From Magallana gigas (Eukaryota), in NCBI RefSeq assembly GCF_963853765.1, contig NC_088861.1:13950001-14014000 (forward strand): a stretch of DNA of 64,000 nt, given 5' to 3'. This document shows, piece after piece, positions 26,560 to 40,276 of this stretch. The notes under the pieces are model-generated. The model was not told the DNA's origin and made no database searches. It saw nothing but the letters and a program-made list of their open reading frames with translations. Positions within the stretch are counted from its first letter, which is position 1, and every line of letters starts with the position of its first letter. The translations under genes and the position numbers were made by a program.

Positions 26560-29050
26560 ACCCACTTTTTCCTAACGATGATTCCACAAAAGTAATTGCT
26601 TTTCTGGCCATATTGATTTTGAAAAAAAAATAAACGTACTAAAGATATTGTACTAATGTTTGCCTATGTTAAGATTCCCCTATCGTGTCCACACTCTTAC
26701 CAAGTAATTTGAATAAGCTCAGTTCCTGAGAATGCTCTCACACTTCCTGGTCGAATATTTTTTGAATAGAATATCTTTTAAAAATTTTTTCTCAAATTTA
26801 ATGTTGAAACTTTTACACCCCCACCATTGCGGCCCATCTGTGATTCTGAGGATTATAATCATAATTTGAACAAAATTACATAGTCATACTATCTCAGGAG
26901 GTTCCACATTTTTTTAGTTTATCTGGTGTATGAAAGTTTTTCAATATTTAATGATATTTAATGATTTGTAAAAAAAAAAAAAAAAACGAAACAAAAAGTT
27001 ACCAAAAGTTTAGCACACACCTACCCTCAATAATAATGATTTGAACTTATATCTACATGACCAGAACTTGATGCTTCCAACCAGTTTAACAAGATTAAAA
27101 TATTCGGACCTAATGACTTTAAAAAAGAAGATTATTTAAAATGCTAATAGATTTTTTATAGTTATAATCATCTCTCTTTGAAAAATAGTGACTATTCAAT
27201 TTTACAAACTTGAATTGTCTTCAAAAAATGCTTTCTGCCAAGTATCGTGAAAGTTAACCCATTGGCTTTGGACGAAAGGCAAACGTTTGAAGTGATTCGA
27301 ATATACTAGTACCCCTCCAGCAGAGGGTACATGTATAAGAGTTTGATATTGTAAAATGACAGTATGTGTTCAAAATGTCGATGCCGAAGATCAAGATCAA
27401 AGAAATGATAAATCAGAGCATTTACTGATAATTCAAAGCCGATCTGTGTCTCTCTAAAAGTTGGTTTTATAAAACAGCAAATATGTTTTAAAAACGAGTA
27501 AAGAACATAACGCTAAAAACAAATCTCAGCCTAAAATAGTGGGTTTCTTCTTTAAAAAGGTGTCTTAATTTCAAATGCATGCAGTGGCCAGTCTTCTGTA
27601 TTAATTACATGTATGTGTATCTGAAGGTATCTACGACGTTCATCAAAGATGTACTTATACGAACTGATTGCAGATTTTAAAAAAAAATGTCTTTCTCTTA
27701 GAGACAAGTATACTTCAAATATGAGGTGTTTGACAATCACTTGTAAACTTGTACCAGGCTTTAGTTGTGGTCTTTTAAGTTTTGGGAGTTAATTTTAATC
27801 AACTCTCCTATGCAGTTACTCTGGCAAAGCGGAATTGAAACAGTATTTGGACCTAACCACGATATCCGCGTTTGTTCGTCATCATGTGTTAACTTTTGAG
27901 CATTTTGGTTTCTTCTCTGAAACTGCAAAGGATATCTTTACAATATTTGGTGTGTAGCATCTGCTGAAAAATGAATTTATTTAATACTTTCTGATCTGAC
28001 TAGAAGCTTACAAGATGAGACAACACATGTATTACGAATTTAGTCATATTACTAAATGACTAGAAATTAACCAAGATAAGGGGAGATTATTTTACATCAA
28101 CTTGCATAAAATTTACGACAAAAATCTTAACCCTTCAGCTAATAATCTCCCCTGTTAATACTGAGTATGAAATACCAGTTTAATACAATAATACAAATAA
28201 AACTTTAAGGTTATATTAAACAAAAAATAATAATTTTGAAGATAAATTCTGTTCGTTGACACTGAACACTAAAGTCCGCCAAATTGACGCTGAAACTTGT
28301 CACGCGTACAGGCCCACAAATTTGATTGGTCAACAAGCATTGCGGGTAACCCCTGATGCTGAACCCCAGAAGGCACTATACATACTAATAAATCACATTA
28401 AAAGAAATCTCATTAAGTTTACATAAATGTTATTATTTAACAATAATGATGTATAAAATGAATTTTGAAATTCATGACCCCAACCTCCGAAGGACCATAA
28501 ATCATTATGATAGGTAAAAACTGTAAAAAAAAAAAAGATGCAAGTTTCAAAATGTATAACCTACCATTGAACATGCAGCAAAGACACATAGTTTATGGTA
28601 AGCAGGGAAACTGAAAAAAAAATTAGAAAAATATGAAAAAAAAGCGTTCTACCAAAATTGTGTGTACATGGTCCCTTTGTCAGGGGATCAGGTGCAAGGG
28701 CTGGGTCATTATACACGTATCAATACAGCGCATTTTTTAAAATCAAATATTAGAAAATGGTATTTTCTACTTCTACAGCAAGGGGGGTATAATGAATTAA
28801 AGGCTATGATGTCCACGAAGCGTTCTGCCAAAATTGTGAAATCCATGGCTCCCTGGATCAGAAATGCAGGCCTTTGGGTAGGGACAATATGACTTCAGAA
28901 TAATAATGCATACAAAGTTAGAATTTTCACAAATTACCTATTTTTATTGCAGATTATATTTTTCTTAAATTGTGAAATCCAATGCGCAAAGTGTGGATTT
29001 AGACATTTTTGGGGATGGGGGAACAGATAAGGCCATATAGCTGGTGGACA
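26560..29050. mobile_element. Old degenerate HINE/satellite-like remnants
   Basis: Segments at ~28450-29050 resemble the reverse complement of the 168-bp unit at 45960-47280 (e.g. TTCTACCAAAATTGTG..CATGG). Segments at ~26600-27250 resemble a related decayed unit. Boundaries are uncertain. Confidence 0.4.
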
Positions 29051-30889
29051 TATATTTTTAAGTTTAGTTACTCTGATAACATCTTATGTTGGTTTAAAGT
29101 TTCGTCCGTTCAAGATTTTTTTTATCTTCGTTTGAAAAATACAAGGTAAGTCATCACCTGGCAATATTAAATTAATAAATGTGTTCTGTTTTTAGGAAAT
29201 ATTTTTTTTTTAAAATTCGGTGCATGGTATGCTTGTAACAATAATATGTATGCATAGTGTAAGCATTATAGATAAAATTGTGACTTTGTTTTAAAGGAGT
29301 GACCAAAATCCTTTTTACCAAAAGTTTACAATCTACATATTTATAATTTAAAGAAGGTATTAAACATTTACGAGCCTTGCCCCTCTCCCCATCATAAATT
29401 GATGTTAACAACGTCAAATAATAACATGCAGGAGTAAAAGCCAGTGGAGTCTCGGAAAAGGGTTTAGACCCCACAATGAAGCAGAAAAATGATCACCGTA
29501 CAGGCCCACACCCGGACTATGTTCCTTTAGTGACCGCCAAGACCTGAGGGACTTTAAGGGTTTTTTTTTCCAAAATTATTCACGGCGTAATATCCTACAT
29601 TTAAAACATCGGCTGATGCAGTAGTAAATGTATAGATATAAATATGGGCCAGGATTCATTAAGAATTTAAGATTTTTTTTACACTGCACATTAATTTATG
29701 CTTAATAAATTTTCAGTTAAGGAAGGAGTGTTTTTTAAGGGACCTACTTATTATAATAAGAAATTTATGAAATGTTGACACAGTTCAACCGATCATACAT
29801 GTATAACCAAACGATTTAATCAGTTTAATCAAATTTGATTATCTTAATTTCGCATCAAGGTCAGGAAAAGGTCAATACTTTTTTTTTAACTTAAAGGATG
29901 ATAAAAATAAATATAGTAATCTGCAGTCATGTAGACATCTGTTTAAGATATTAGATTTCTATTATTCAATGAAAAGATGTGATATCAGAATGTCTATCGG
30001 CTAATACTACTAAATTGGAAAAAAAAAATATTTAAACTAAAATCAATATCGCTTAGCCCGCATTACCTGTATTTTTTCTTAAAGTTTATAGATTTTTATT
30101 ATTATTTTTTATGCTTCCAATATCAAAATATTCCTGATTTTTACATATTATGAAGACCTTATATAAAGATATATATTCGCAGAAACGGTACTGTATTGAC
30201 CATTTAATAAGAGGAAAAATCCGATTCTGAATTGCAAAAAAACATGTTTACTAATTTTTCTTACGCCAATGTTCGGCCAAAAACATAGTCCTTTTTAGAT
30301 TCTGCACTTTGATTACCATTTCTATGTCAATTTGTATGATAGTAAAAAAAATGATATTTTATTTTATTTTTATCTTGATTTTATGTAATTTTGTTTATTT
30401 TGATGTCAACAAATTTACGTTTGACAAGTCGTTAACCAGAAAAGACTCCTTCCATAAGGAAAAAATATATTCATCAAAATACTCAGCATCGTTCTTAGCT
30501 AAGTATTAATATTAAGTTCGGCGTCATAGTAACAAAGAGCGCTCTTTTGGAAAGGAGGTCAATTTTGTTGTGTTACGTACATGTAACACTGCAGACGGGT
30601 GTAAACAAAGTCGTTTGGCAGTGTCAAAGTGAAAGGGAAACAGACAAGTATTCCTTTTAAAGGAATTATTGGCATGTAATATTGTATCATTGGTCAGCTC
30701 TGTTAATGTAATGCAAAACATTATTTATGGTAAATGCAATCAACATGATATAAAAGCTATATTGCACCGTTTTGTTGATTTCTGAAATTTAGCGAGGCAT
30801 GAATAAATTTTTAGTAGGCGAATGGTGTTTCCAAGTAATATTTCTACGCATGTACGGTCAGTTAAAGCATATCTTTTACAACATACAAC

Positions 30890-31215
30890 AAAGCATAGCA
30901 TAGCACTGAAATCTCATACCATAGCATCGGAATCTCATACCATAGCATACAATCTCACAGAATCTCATTCGTAATAGCATAGCATTCAACATGATTTTTA
31001 ATTTGTTTTTATTTGAAATAATAAATGTTCACAGTGCTTATTAGTAATAAACTTCGGCTTCTTATCATTTTACTTCGAAATATGTGGAACTCTTATGTGT
31101 ATTGAGACGTTTTTGATTAAATTTCATATTAGCATACCATAGCATAGCATAGCATACCATATCATTAGGCCCTTCATTTCAATTTCTCATAGCATAGCCT
31201 ACAAATATCATAGTA
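30890..31215 (+). repeat. Interrupted (CATAG/CATAC)n low-complexity repeats
   Basis: AGCATAGCAT and ATACCATAGC runs at 30893-30985 and 31128-31200. Confidence 0.7.
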
Positions 31216-31427
31216 TTGCATTAAAATGACTGTAACTGAATAAATGTTTACTCTTAAGTCAATCGCATTGAAACAACGTTTTGAGTTCTCTACATGCAAT
31301 TTAAGGTTTACATTAAGCTGTCATTCCATAGTAAATAAAGTACTACAAGGCACAATGCGTGTGCAAGTAGTAATATTTGCCGGAAGCCTCATATGGACAC
31401 AACTGTGATCGGCTACGGCCGATCACA

Positions 31428-31679
31428 AAAAGGGAGCCAAACTGGAACGGACGAATTTCTTGCATAAGCATTGCTTGTTGATGATTATAAACATAATATA
31501 CTGGGAAAATATAGTCATGCGCTAACGTCGTTATAAAGACTAAAGCATGGAAGGAGGTAGCACAGAAGATGGGCCCGAGGGGAGAAGGCCCAGCAGAAGT
31601 AAAGCAAAAATGGCCCAACATCTTTTCAAACATCAGAAGCGAAATATCGAACTTATGGAGGACAGTTTCTGGCACAGGT
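31428..31679 (+). pseudogene. Decayed Myb/SANT-like DNA-binding ORF, PIF/Harbinger accessory-protein type
   Basis: Joining three frames gives KREPNW..DEFLA*ALLVDDYKHNILGKYSHALT..KTKAWKEVAQKMGPRGEGPAEVKQKWPNIFSNIRSEISNLWRTVSGTG. The Trp spacing and the terminal TG(GG) are typical of Harbinger Myb/SANT proteins. Confidence 0.65.
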
Positions 31680-33049
31680 CAGTTGGTCATTGTTCTCAAC
31701 AGTGCTATACATTTGATCGGTTATATAAAGCTTACAGTAGATTAAACAGACGTTCCAAACTATTTTACTAAGCCTTACATTTGTTGGAATGTAAATGATC
31801 ACAAATATATATATTCCAAATTGCTTAATTTTCATAACAAACAGAGCAAACCTTCTTATAAATCTGAGTGGCGGTGGTATCTCATTTAACTTTCAAGATC
31901 AAGGTAATTCTCCCTATGGCTCTTCTGCAATTTGTACATTTTCATAATTGTCATATAGTGTTAATGCATTCAATGTTTAAAAATCGCTTTCAGTTCTTTA
32001 CTTTTGCTGATACTGAACATAAACTGACTGCATATATAAAAAAAAGCAAAAGCCGTCTATCATAATTTCACATTTCATGTCTCCCAATACAAGGATTTGA
32101 ATCCGGGGCGGGGTCAAAACACTCAAATAGTGCTTAGGGCAGGGTGTGGCCAAAATGGTCATTTAGTGTTAGTGTATATATTGTTTAAAATTCAGAATAA
32201 AAACTGACTGCATTTTTAGAAAAAAACATTCAGCCATCATCTTTGATAATTTTTCATATCATCTTCATGTAAAGCAAGGGTTATGGCTTGGAAGGGGGTA
32301 TATATTTGTCTTACTATATTTTTCTGCTCAGGAATTTCAATGAAATAAATCAGTAAATGCACATGCACATATTTAGAAAAGAGCGGTTTCTCAAAGTAAT
32401 ATATCGTGAAAGCACAAAAAGTCCAAAGGGGAGGGGATGGGGGTGGGGGGTTACAGTTAATAGAGTTATCTTCCCGTGTTTCTTCATAATGAAGTTATCG
32501 TCATTTGCTTGGTCATATTTAGTAACTAATCAATATAATATACTAAAGTAAGATGTATCATAGAAATAGTTATGCAAGTTTCTTTTTTTCATTTGAAACA
32601 AAACCAGTTCATGAACTTTCTAAATAAACAAATATATTTGTTAATAATAAAGTAACAATAAGATTACCCACATCTGATAAGCAGTACCTGTAGAATGGTT
32701 TTGTATAAATGCCAGATGGTGAATTCAAATTCTGGAAAAGGAGAAGTAAGTAACTCATGATGGTTTTTAAGCTGTTTTTGTTTTTTTTGTTTGTTTATTT
32801 ATTTATTTATTTTTTGCTTTAATGCCCACAGGTAGAGCTACTGTCCGCCCTGGGGAGATAGGAGGTTGTTATAAATAGCCCACGCATGCCAGCCACCTTG
32901 TATTAGTTTATCTATGAAAACATATACACATTAAATCTATCTTGAGAGTTAACAAATATGAGAACATTATTTTCTATCAGAGTATTGCACATTTTCAATA
33001 TCAGGTTATGCACTGTATAATGATCTTTTAAGTTTTTCGCTAAAAGTAT

Positions 33050-33221
33050 AGGTTTTCTAGTCCTCTCTTAAACGATTTAAGGCATGGGGTGGTCGTCATT
33101 ATAATATTATGATTTTTCTACTCCGTAATTGAACTTAATTCAATGCGTATATAAGACTCCTTGACAAGTTTGTGTATAGGCTTTCTATGGTACTCAGGTG
33201 ACCGTTAAGACCCATCTTGTT
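33050..33221 (+). mobile_element. Decayed end of a HINE-like element of the same family as 45607-47457 (opposite orientation)
   Basis: GACAAGTTTGTGTATAGG..TACTCAGGTGACCGTTAAGACCCATCTTGTT matches the reverse complement of 45607-45690. Confidence 0.65.
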
Positions 33222-33896
33222 ACTTCAATGGTAGTATTCAAAGAAACATACATGTAAGTAGAAATAGTGTTTTTGTGAGTAGGTTGATAAATTCATGACA
33301 AGACAATGATCTCGAAGTTACCTTATCTTATCCGTTATAAATATGGCGAACTCTTTCAACTGAAAATACATTGGATTGAGAGCACACATGTTGTCATATA
33401 CTTGTATCTGTTTTTTAAGGTGTAATATCCCTCTGCTATTAATTTTGCCATAATTTTTTAAAAAAAATTTTATATTGATTTTCATCAAAGTCAATATCAA
33501 TCGATTCATATGAAACAAATTTTAAGTGATGAAGCGCTGCTAGATTTTTTAAAAATTGATAAACTGTCTAATCTTGATATGAAGAAAACTAGACATAGTG
33601 ATTAGAAAAAGCAAAATTTTACCATCGCAGCATAAAATTAAAAATCCAAAATGTATATGAAAATAATATATAGTTATATACATTTTCAATTCATATTACA
33701 AAACAATTTGAAGCGCTGCATTTTAGTTCAGAATAGCACTTTGTTGTATAGGTTTGTAATAAAAATTGCTTCAATAAGCAAGTGTTATCTTTCTTTATCA
33801 TATACTATTGAAGGTTTTACATACATGTTTTACATACAGTGCAAGAAAAATTGCCACAGTTTCTTAAATTTCAGAAAAGGTTTTCTTTAAATTTGG

Positions 33897-34024
33897 NNNN
33901 NNNNNNNNNNNNNNNNNNNNNNNNNNNNNNNNNNNNNNNNNNNNNNNNNNNNNNNNNNNNNNNNNNNNNNNNNNNNNNNNNNNNNNNNNNNNNNNNNNNN
34001 NNNNNNNNNNNNNNNNNNNNNNNN
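33897..34024. other. Assembly gap (N run)
   Basis: 128 N. Confidence 0.99.
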
Positions 34025-35504
34025 AACCAGAGCATTTTGTTATGTAACACAAAAAGGGGATCAAGTGAATAATCTTCCCGTAATTGGTATGATATCAATA
34101 CAGGGATATACTGTCTTGAATCAAATGAGCTTAGATATTAGGTTTTTTTTTTCAATTTCGTTTTCCCATATCTGCTCCCTCAGAATAGAAAAGCTTTATT
34201 CATGTTTTAAACATTTGAAATGTTATAAGTTTTAATTGAACGATTTCAACTAAGTCTAGAATTTGTAATTGTCTTGGTCACATTTTCCCCATTTATAATT
34301 CATTCAGCTCTGTGAACGAGCTATAGATAGAGAAATAAAAATATTCAATCCAAATATTCTCTGGCCTAAAACATCAAACATGTACCGTACATGTACTGAA
34401 CAAGTACATAAAATTTAGTTATATTTAAAAAAAGAATAAATCCATCGGGAGGGGGGAGGGGAGAGGGGGAGGAATAGTCATGTAGATATTGCCTAATAAA
34501 TACTTTATCATTATGATACATTTTTTGTAATATTTTGTAAAAGTTTTGTTTACTTTTTTGCCCCCCTGCTTCAAAAGAGCCATGGGGTTCAGTTCTAATT
34601 TTCTTTTTCTATCTTTGAATTCAAATAAGTGTATCGCCTTCCAACATAAATTGGGACCATGCACCACCTCCCTTGTTGTTACATGCATTAATAATTGTGA
34701 GTTTACAGAAACAAAGTGATATTATTTTCTACAGAAGTTATATCTCTTATCAGAGGGACATTCCACCTTAAGCCATCCACTAGTCTGGTCAGTTCCGACT
34801 GGTAAAAATTGTCCATCCATATAGGAATTAATTTTTGTTTCTCTTTTGTTTCTCTCTAAATATTTTTTCAATCCAGCTTAACTTTGTTGTAGCTGGTTTT
34901 ATCTTGAGATATTTGGATATGCTCATATTGGTATATGTGATTCCTGTTTTATGATACATGTCCATGTTATTTTTATTGGAGATAAGACATACAGTGGCAC
35001 CTCTTGATAGAGTAGCTGAATAGAAATGTGATATTATCGCTTTATGTACATCGAGATAAAGCCATGTCAGTCTCTGGTAAGTTGACTGAATGACAGAAAT
35101 TATTTCTGTGTACGGTTATTTATTGATAACATTTGATCAATGAATTTCGGTGGAACTGGAAATATCGAGTTGATGAGTTATGATACGTGCTAGTAACTGT
35201 TGGTTAAACTGATTAAACTGTTGATTTAAAGTTTTTTCATGATTTATAAATGTGTAGTCTTTGAAATAAAAAAAGTGTTCAATAACAAAGCGATATAGAA
35301 ATAATGACGTGCTAAATGAACTTCATTGTCATGTTCCTCTTCACCGGAAAGAGACAATTAATATTTTTTCACGAGAAAAAGCCAGTGTAATATGTCTATC
35401 AGACGGGAAGTAGACTCTACAAGCTCAATTACTTTAAATATAACTCGTGATGAAAATTTTATTTAATACATTTGATAAGAATTCTCAAAATGTATAGAGA
35501 AAGT

Positions 35505-36751
35505 ATGGACATAACCATGATTATATTCATTTTTTACCTTGGATTTTCCAATTCAAAGTTTTGTGAAAGGTAGTATTATTTTATTATCGTCTTGTTTTCT
35601 GTCTGGCTATATGTCTGTGAAAAAGAGTTATATAATTTAATATAAAAAAATACGCACATTTCATTTAACCGAATTAGCATTAATGTGTTTTTTTTTTATT
35701 TTTATGCAAATCTCACTTGTATTTCGTGACATTATAAATGCATTTGACATGTAATGTACATAATCACAACTGTTTATCTAAACGATCAATATATTACGTT
35801 TGGTTTTATACGTTGTCGAGTTTTCTAACATATAAATATAAAGTGAAAAATAATTTCATTAAGATCCGGAGTTCTGGAATGTTGTCTTGGATATATTTGG
35901 AACAAGATAGAGAACAGATGTATTCGTAAGTTTAAAATCAAAAGGACTTTGGCCGTTCATTAATTATTTGTATGTATTTTTGCCGGTGCTCATCGTTATT
36001 TGTTTTAATGGACAGCATGTGGCAAAGGCTATATTGGTCAAAACTGTAGTATTCCCTGCCCTTCTCCGCATTATGGTCAGAAATGTATGTCACTGTGCAA
36101 CTGTGCTGATAACCAGTATTGTAACCACGTTCATGGATGTATAAAACCACAAGGTAAATGTCTCGAAATAATATGTTTCCTCCTTTTTTACATACTAAAA
36201 TTGTTTCACTAATTTTGGTGGAGATTAATTTTCGTGGAAAAAATTAAAATCAGTTTTAAGAATCACAGTTTTAAAGAGGCTTAGTCGATAATTTCAACAA
36301 TGCATATTTTATTAGAAATTGCACTTCAAAATTCACTGACATCTAATTCCGTGGATCAATTCAAAAACGAAATCCACGAAAGTTGTATTCTACAAATATT
36401 GATGAAAACACAGTATTAGAAATAGTACATGTATACATTTCGTAATTTCAACATTGCGTCCGTCATGCGCTAAAACATTTTGCACTGCGTAATTTCATTG
36501 TCGTTCTGTAATTTCAAAATAATCTTTTTTTCTTCCTAATTGACATAACAAACAAACATTTCAAAAATATTCATCTTGCAGGGGATGCCTGTCAAAATCC
36601 AATGCTAAAGCCAGAGGAATACATGAATACCACGTCTCTTATGTGGACTGTTTTAGTTTGTCTGTTTGTCATATCTGTAACTTTTTTCAGTACATACTTT
36701 TACCTCAAACTCAGAAAGAAACCAAACGTTAATGTGTCAGATATTTTGTAA
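35505..36751 (+). CDS. Gene C1: type I membrane CCLGY/EGF-like protein with a short Tyr-free tail; ~144 aa
   Basis: Exons 35505-35569 (in-frame ATGs also at 35490 and 35517), 35864-35925, 36016-36153 and 36582-36751 total 435 nt in an open frame. Protein: MDITMIIFIFYLGFSNSKFCERSGVLECCLGYIWNKIENRCIPCGKGYIGQNCSIPCPSPHYGQKCMSLCNCADNQYCNHVHGCIKPQGDACQNP...SLMWTVLVCLFVISVTFFSTYFYLKLRKKPNVNVSDIL*. Confidence 0.85.
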
Positions 36752-38207
36752 AGCTAATAAATTGTTTTATTTACATTTATGATTAATGGTGTATTTTCCA
36801 TTAATTTTATTTTTATATATTTGCAAATAAAAGCAATAATTGTGGTCAAAACAATATAAACATCTTAGATTTTAAATATCATCAATATACGTTTTCCGCT
36901 ATTGTTTTATTGGGAAACGGATATTTCTTCCTTTCTATTAAAGTTAAGAGAGTATGTTTGTTATTTCAGTGATATATCTTGACATGTTGCAAGTCATAGC
37001 AGATGTTCGTCCTTTGCTGGGGCTTAGATTGTGTTTATCATTTAAATTGTTTTCTTAAGTAAAAGCAAATAGATATATTTCATGTTTAGTAAACTCATAA
37101 AGTAAATATGTTGACCAAATGATCATATTTAAGTCAAATAGCGATGACTGATCAAATGTCATCACTATGTAATACCTACATCTGGTATATACAATGTATC
37201 TCCGATTCTAACATTGCATAAGCTTTTCTGCTATTAAAGAAATAAATAAATTGTTTTTATGATATATTAAAGTATAAAATTATATACATTATACGATTTT
37301 ATTATCCCCAGGATATTATTCGAACCATTGGCTGATGTTTTACGTCTACTTTAGGAGTTCCAGTATATGCCCCTAATGTATAGCATCAAAATTTTGTATA
37401 TTATCCAGTATTTTTTGGTTTATGGGAAAGTTCCATATTTTAACAATCAGAGTCACTTGGCCCTGTCGTCAACAACATTGACATTAAAGAACCCACTTCA
37501 ATTGTCAACTCAAATTCTTAAAAAATAAAAAAAAAATTAGGAAAAAATATGTCCGTTGGTGACGGCGGAGTGTTTCTTTTCTATCTATTAAAACTTAAAG
37601 TATTGTACCATATATGCATGTATTAAGAATTAAGAATTAAGAAAGTTGAATGCTTTTAAATAATCATTTAAAAAATTGTATCAATGCAATTCTTAATAAG
37701 AATATTTTTCAAACATGTTAACCAACACATTCGTATACTGACTTATAAACCTCTCCTTGAACCTGTTACAATTTTGGAGGGGTGGTGGTTTAAAACAAAT
37801 TATATTTCTATAATTATAAAATTCGTTTTTCCAACGGTTTTTTGACTGAAAAAAAAAACATTAAATGCATGCTTTCTCAAGAACCATTTTTATCTAGGAT
37901 GTGTATAATTACATGTATATTAACAAAATTCTTTCTTATTGATAATGACAAGCCATCGTTTAAATGATCGGACTGTAAAAAAGCTATTGATTTATTGAAT
38001 TTAGTGTGCTGTGTATCAACCACCAAAAAAATTAAATAAATAAACAAGTCACTGGCATTATAAGCAATAAACTGTATAGTTAATACCAGCAAAAAATAAA
38101 ACGAACGAAATTATATTATGTATATGCGTAGCTGTACAGTTTTTCTTAAAATATCGTCAATATAAAGATAAACGAATTTTGTAACCTTGCTGATTAAGGA
38201 AATTATT

Positions 38208-38669
38208 TTTTATGCCCCCCTTCGAAGAAGGGAGGGCATATTGCTTTGCTGCTGTCTGTCGGTCGGTCTGTCGGTCCACCAACAGTTTCCGCTCATTTTC
38301 TTCGCAGAAGATGAACATATTGAAATGAACCTTGGTATACAGGTTTATCATGATAATATCTAAGTCAAGTTCGATATTGGGTCGAACAATTTTTGACAGA
38401 GTTATGGCCCTTGGACTTAGAGAAATTCTAGTTGTTTGCAGTTTCCGCTCATTTTCTTCGCAGAGGATGAACATATTGAAATGAAATTTAGTAAGCAGGT
38501 TTATCATGATAATATCTACGTCGTTTGATTTTGGGTATGATAGAGCAATTTTCGACAGAGTTATGGCCCTTGGACGTAGAAAAATTCTAGTTTTTTGCAG
38601 TTACCGCTCATTTTTTTTGGTGGATGATTCCAAGGGAGGAGGGCATAAGTGTTTCACAAACATCTTTTG
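38208..38669 (+). mobile_element. HINE/pearl-like non-autonomous Helentron-type element
   Basis: Starts TTTATGCCCCCCTTCGAAGAAGGGAGGGCATA, followed by a (GTCG/CTGT) microsatellite and about two internal ~155-bp tandem units, and ends GGGCATAAGTGTTTCACAAACATCTTTTG. It is absent from the paralogous site at ~18700 (AATTATT^TCTATG): T-run target, no TSD. Confidence 0.85.
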
Positions 38670-39889
38670 TTCTATGATAATGATGCAATGACTGGCATAA
38701 TTAACATATAAAACAAATTTGTGATTGTAACATTCAATATCAATAGAAGTTCATAAAAAATCATTTGAATAAAATAAACAACCTAGAATGAATATCAAAG
38801 AAAATATCATACTGAAGGTTTTACTTTTAAAAATGATTCAGTAGCGCACAGTGGGGTACAGTGCTTATCAGTGCTATGTACAGCGGCGTACAGTCGGATA
38901 CAGTGGAAGTCAGTAGTGGGGTACAGTGCTGTTCAGTAGAATTGTATAAAAGCGTGCAGCGGGGTACAGTGGAAGTCAATAAAATGTACAGTGAGGTACG
39001 GACAATGTACAGAATATGTCAGCCAATGTACAAAAGGTGTCAGCCAATGACAGTCAATTTTTTGGAGTATCAGTAAATTTTGAATTCAGTAGTAATTACT
39101 ACATACAAATATATTTCAAGAAGATTTAGTTCATGACATAAAATTTCACTTTTATAAAAACAGTTTTGGTAGATATAATGAATAGAAATAAGAACAATAT
39201 TGAAAAAGCAATACATGTACATGTCCAATGCAACACCCTACACTTTAAAGCAATTCTTGTATAATGTGCTAAATATGTATGACAATATCGGAGATAGATT
39301 TTTTTAATGGACAATTCCAACTAGAGCATAATACACATTCTGTATTAAATGTTCGTTCGCTTTGATTCTTTCGGGTAGATTGACGCACCGCTGTAGCACT
39401 ATTTCGATCATGCATGTTTATAGGAAAGATGTGTAAATTACCATAAATTCCGTTGATAAAATATAACCAAAGTCAAACTGGATAAGTGATAATTACTTTG
39501 TTTGATGCATTGGTACATTGGGATCTGCACAATAACGTGCGGACTTCTTTTTTTCATTTGACTACTTGAGTGCAGAGCTAGCACGATTGTAAATAAGAGT
39601 CACATTTAAGATTAATGTGTTAATACCTGTTTATTAAAAGTAGATTAATTTAAACTTCATATGCCCGGCCGGCATCACTATTAAGTTGCACATTTTTGAA
39701 ATTAATTTGTCAAACCATAATTAAAAATGACTAACATATTGTTAAAAGAGTATAAACCCACCAACCAACAACCCCCCCCCCCCCCATCTCCGGTTTCACG
39801 CTTAGATTACTTAAAATAAACTTTTATTGTTTCAGTAAATATGTTTTAAAATATCAATGTTTTACAAATATATCAATATTTTAAACCAG

Positions 39890-40276
39890 GTGAAGAGACG
39901 CATGTTACCGCCACAAAATCTCCCAGTTTTACCAGATACATCTTCATCATCAAAAGTTTCAAGTAAGATTGCAACTGCTGCAACTAATTGCGAGAAAGGA
40001 TCAGTAATAATTATTATAATTATCGTTGGGGTTTTTTCCACGTGACCTAACAACTATCATCATTTTCACAGATAGTCACATTTGCACTAAAGAAAAACGA
40101 AACATCATGAACATTCGACATATTGGTTTGACAAGTATGATAGTGTTGTTAGTATATTGATTGTTGTTGCTGTTCTGATTGTCTCATAATTGGTTTTATA
40201 TTTAGAGTAAAATTTATTTATAGTAAAACAAACTGTTGGTCCCATGGAGTTTGCGAACCAATCAGCTGATCTCTGA
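39890..40276 (+). pseudogene. Remnant of subfamily D stalk and TM exons (cassette 3)
   Basis: Homologous to D1 6143-6509. Contains CAG|ATAGTCACATTTGCACTAAAGAAAAA (DSHICTKEK) and a frameshifted hydrophobic stretch (VVSILIVVAVLIVS). Confidence 0.65.

Noticed and set aside
33839-34098. ORFs spanning N runs (also 63078-63403)
   Set aside because: Artefacts of assembly gaps.
36016-36153. Positive selection on the EGF exon of C1 versus C2
   Set aside because: A rough count (11 non-synonymous versus ~6 synonymous codons) does not give dN/dS above 1 once site numbers are considered. A formal test is needed.
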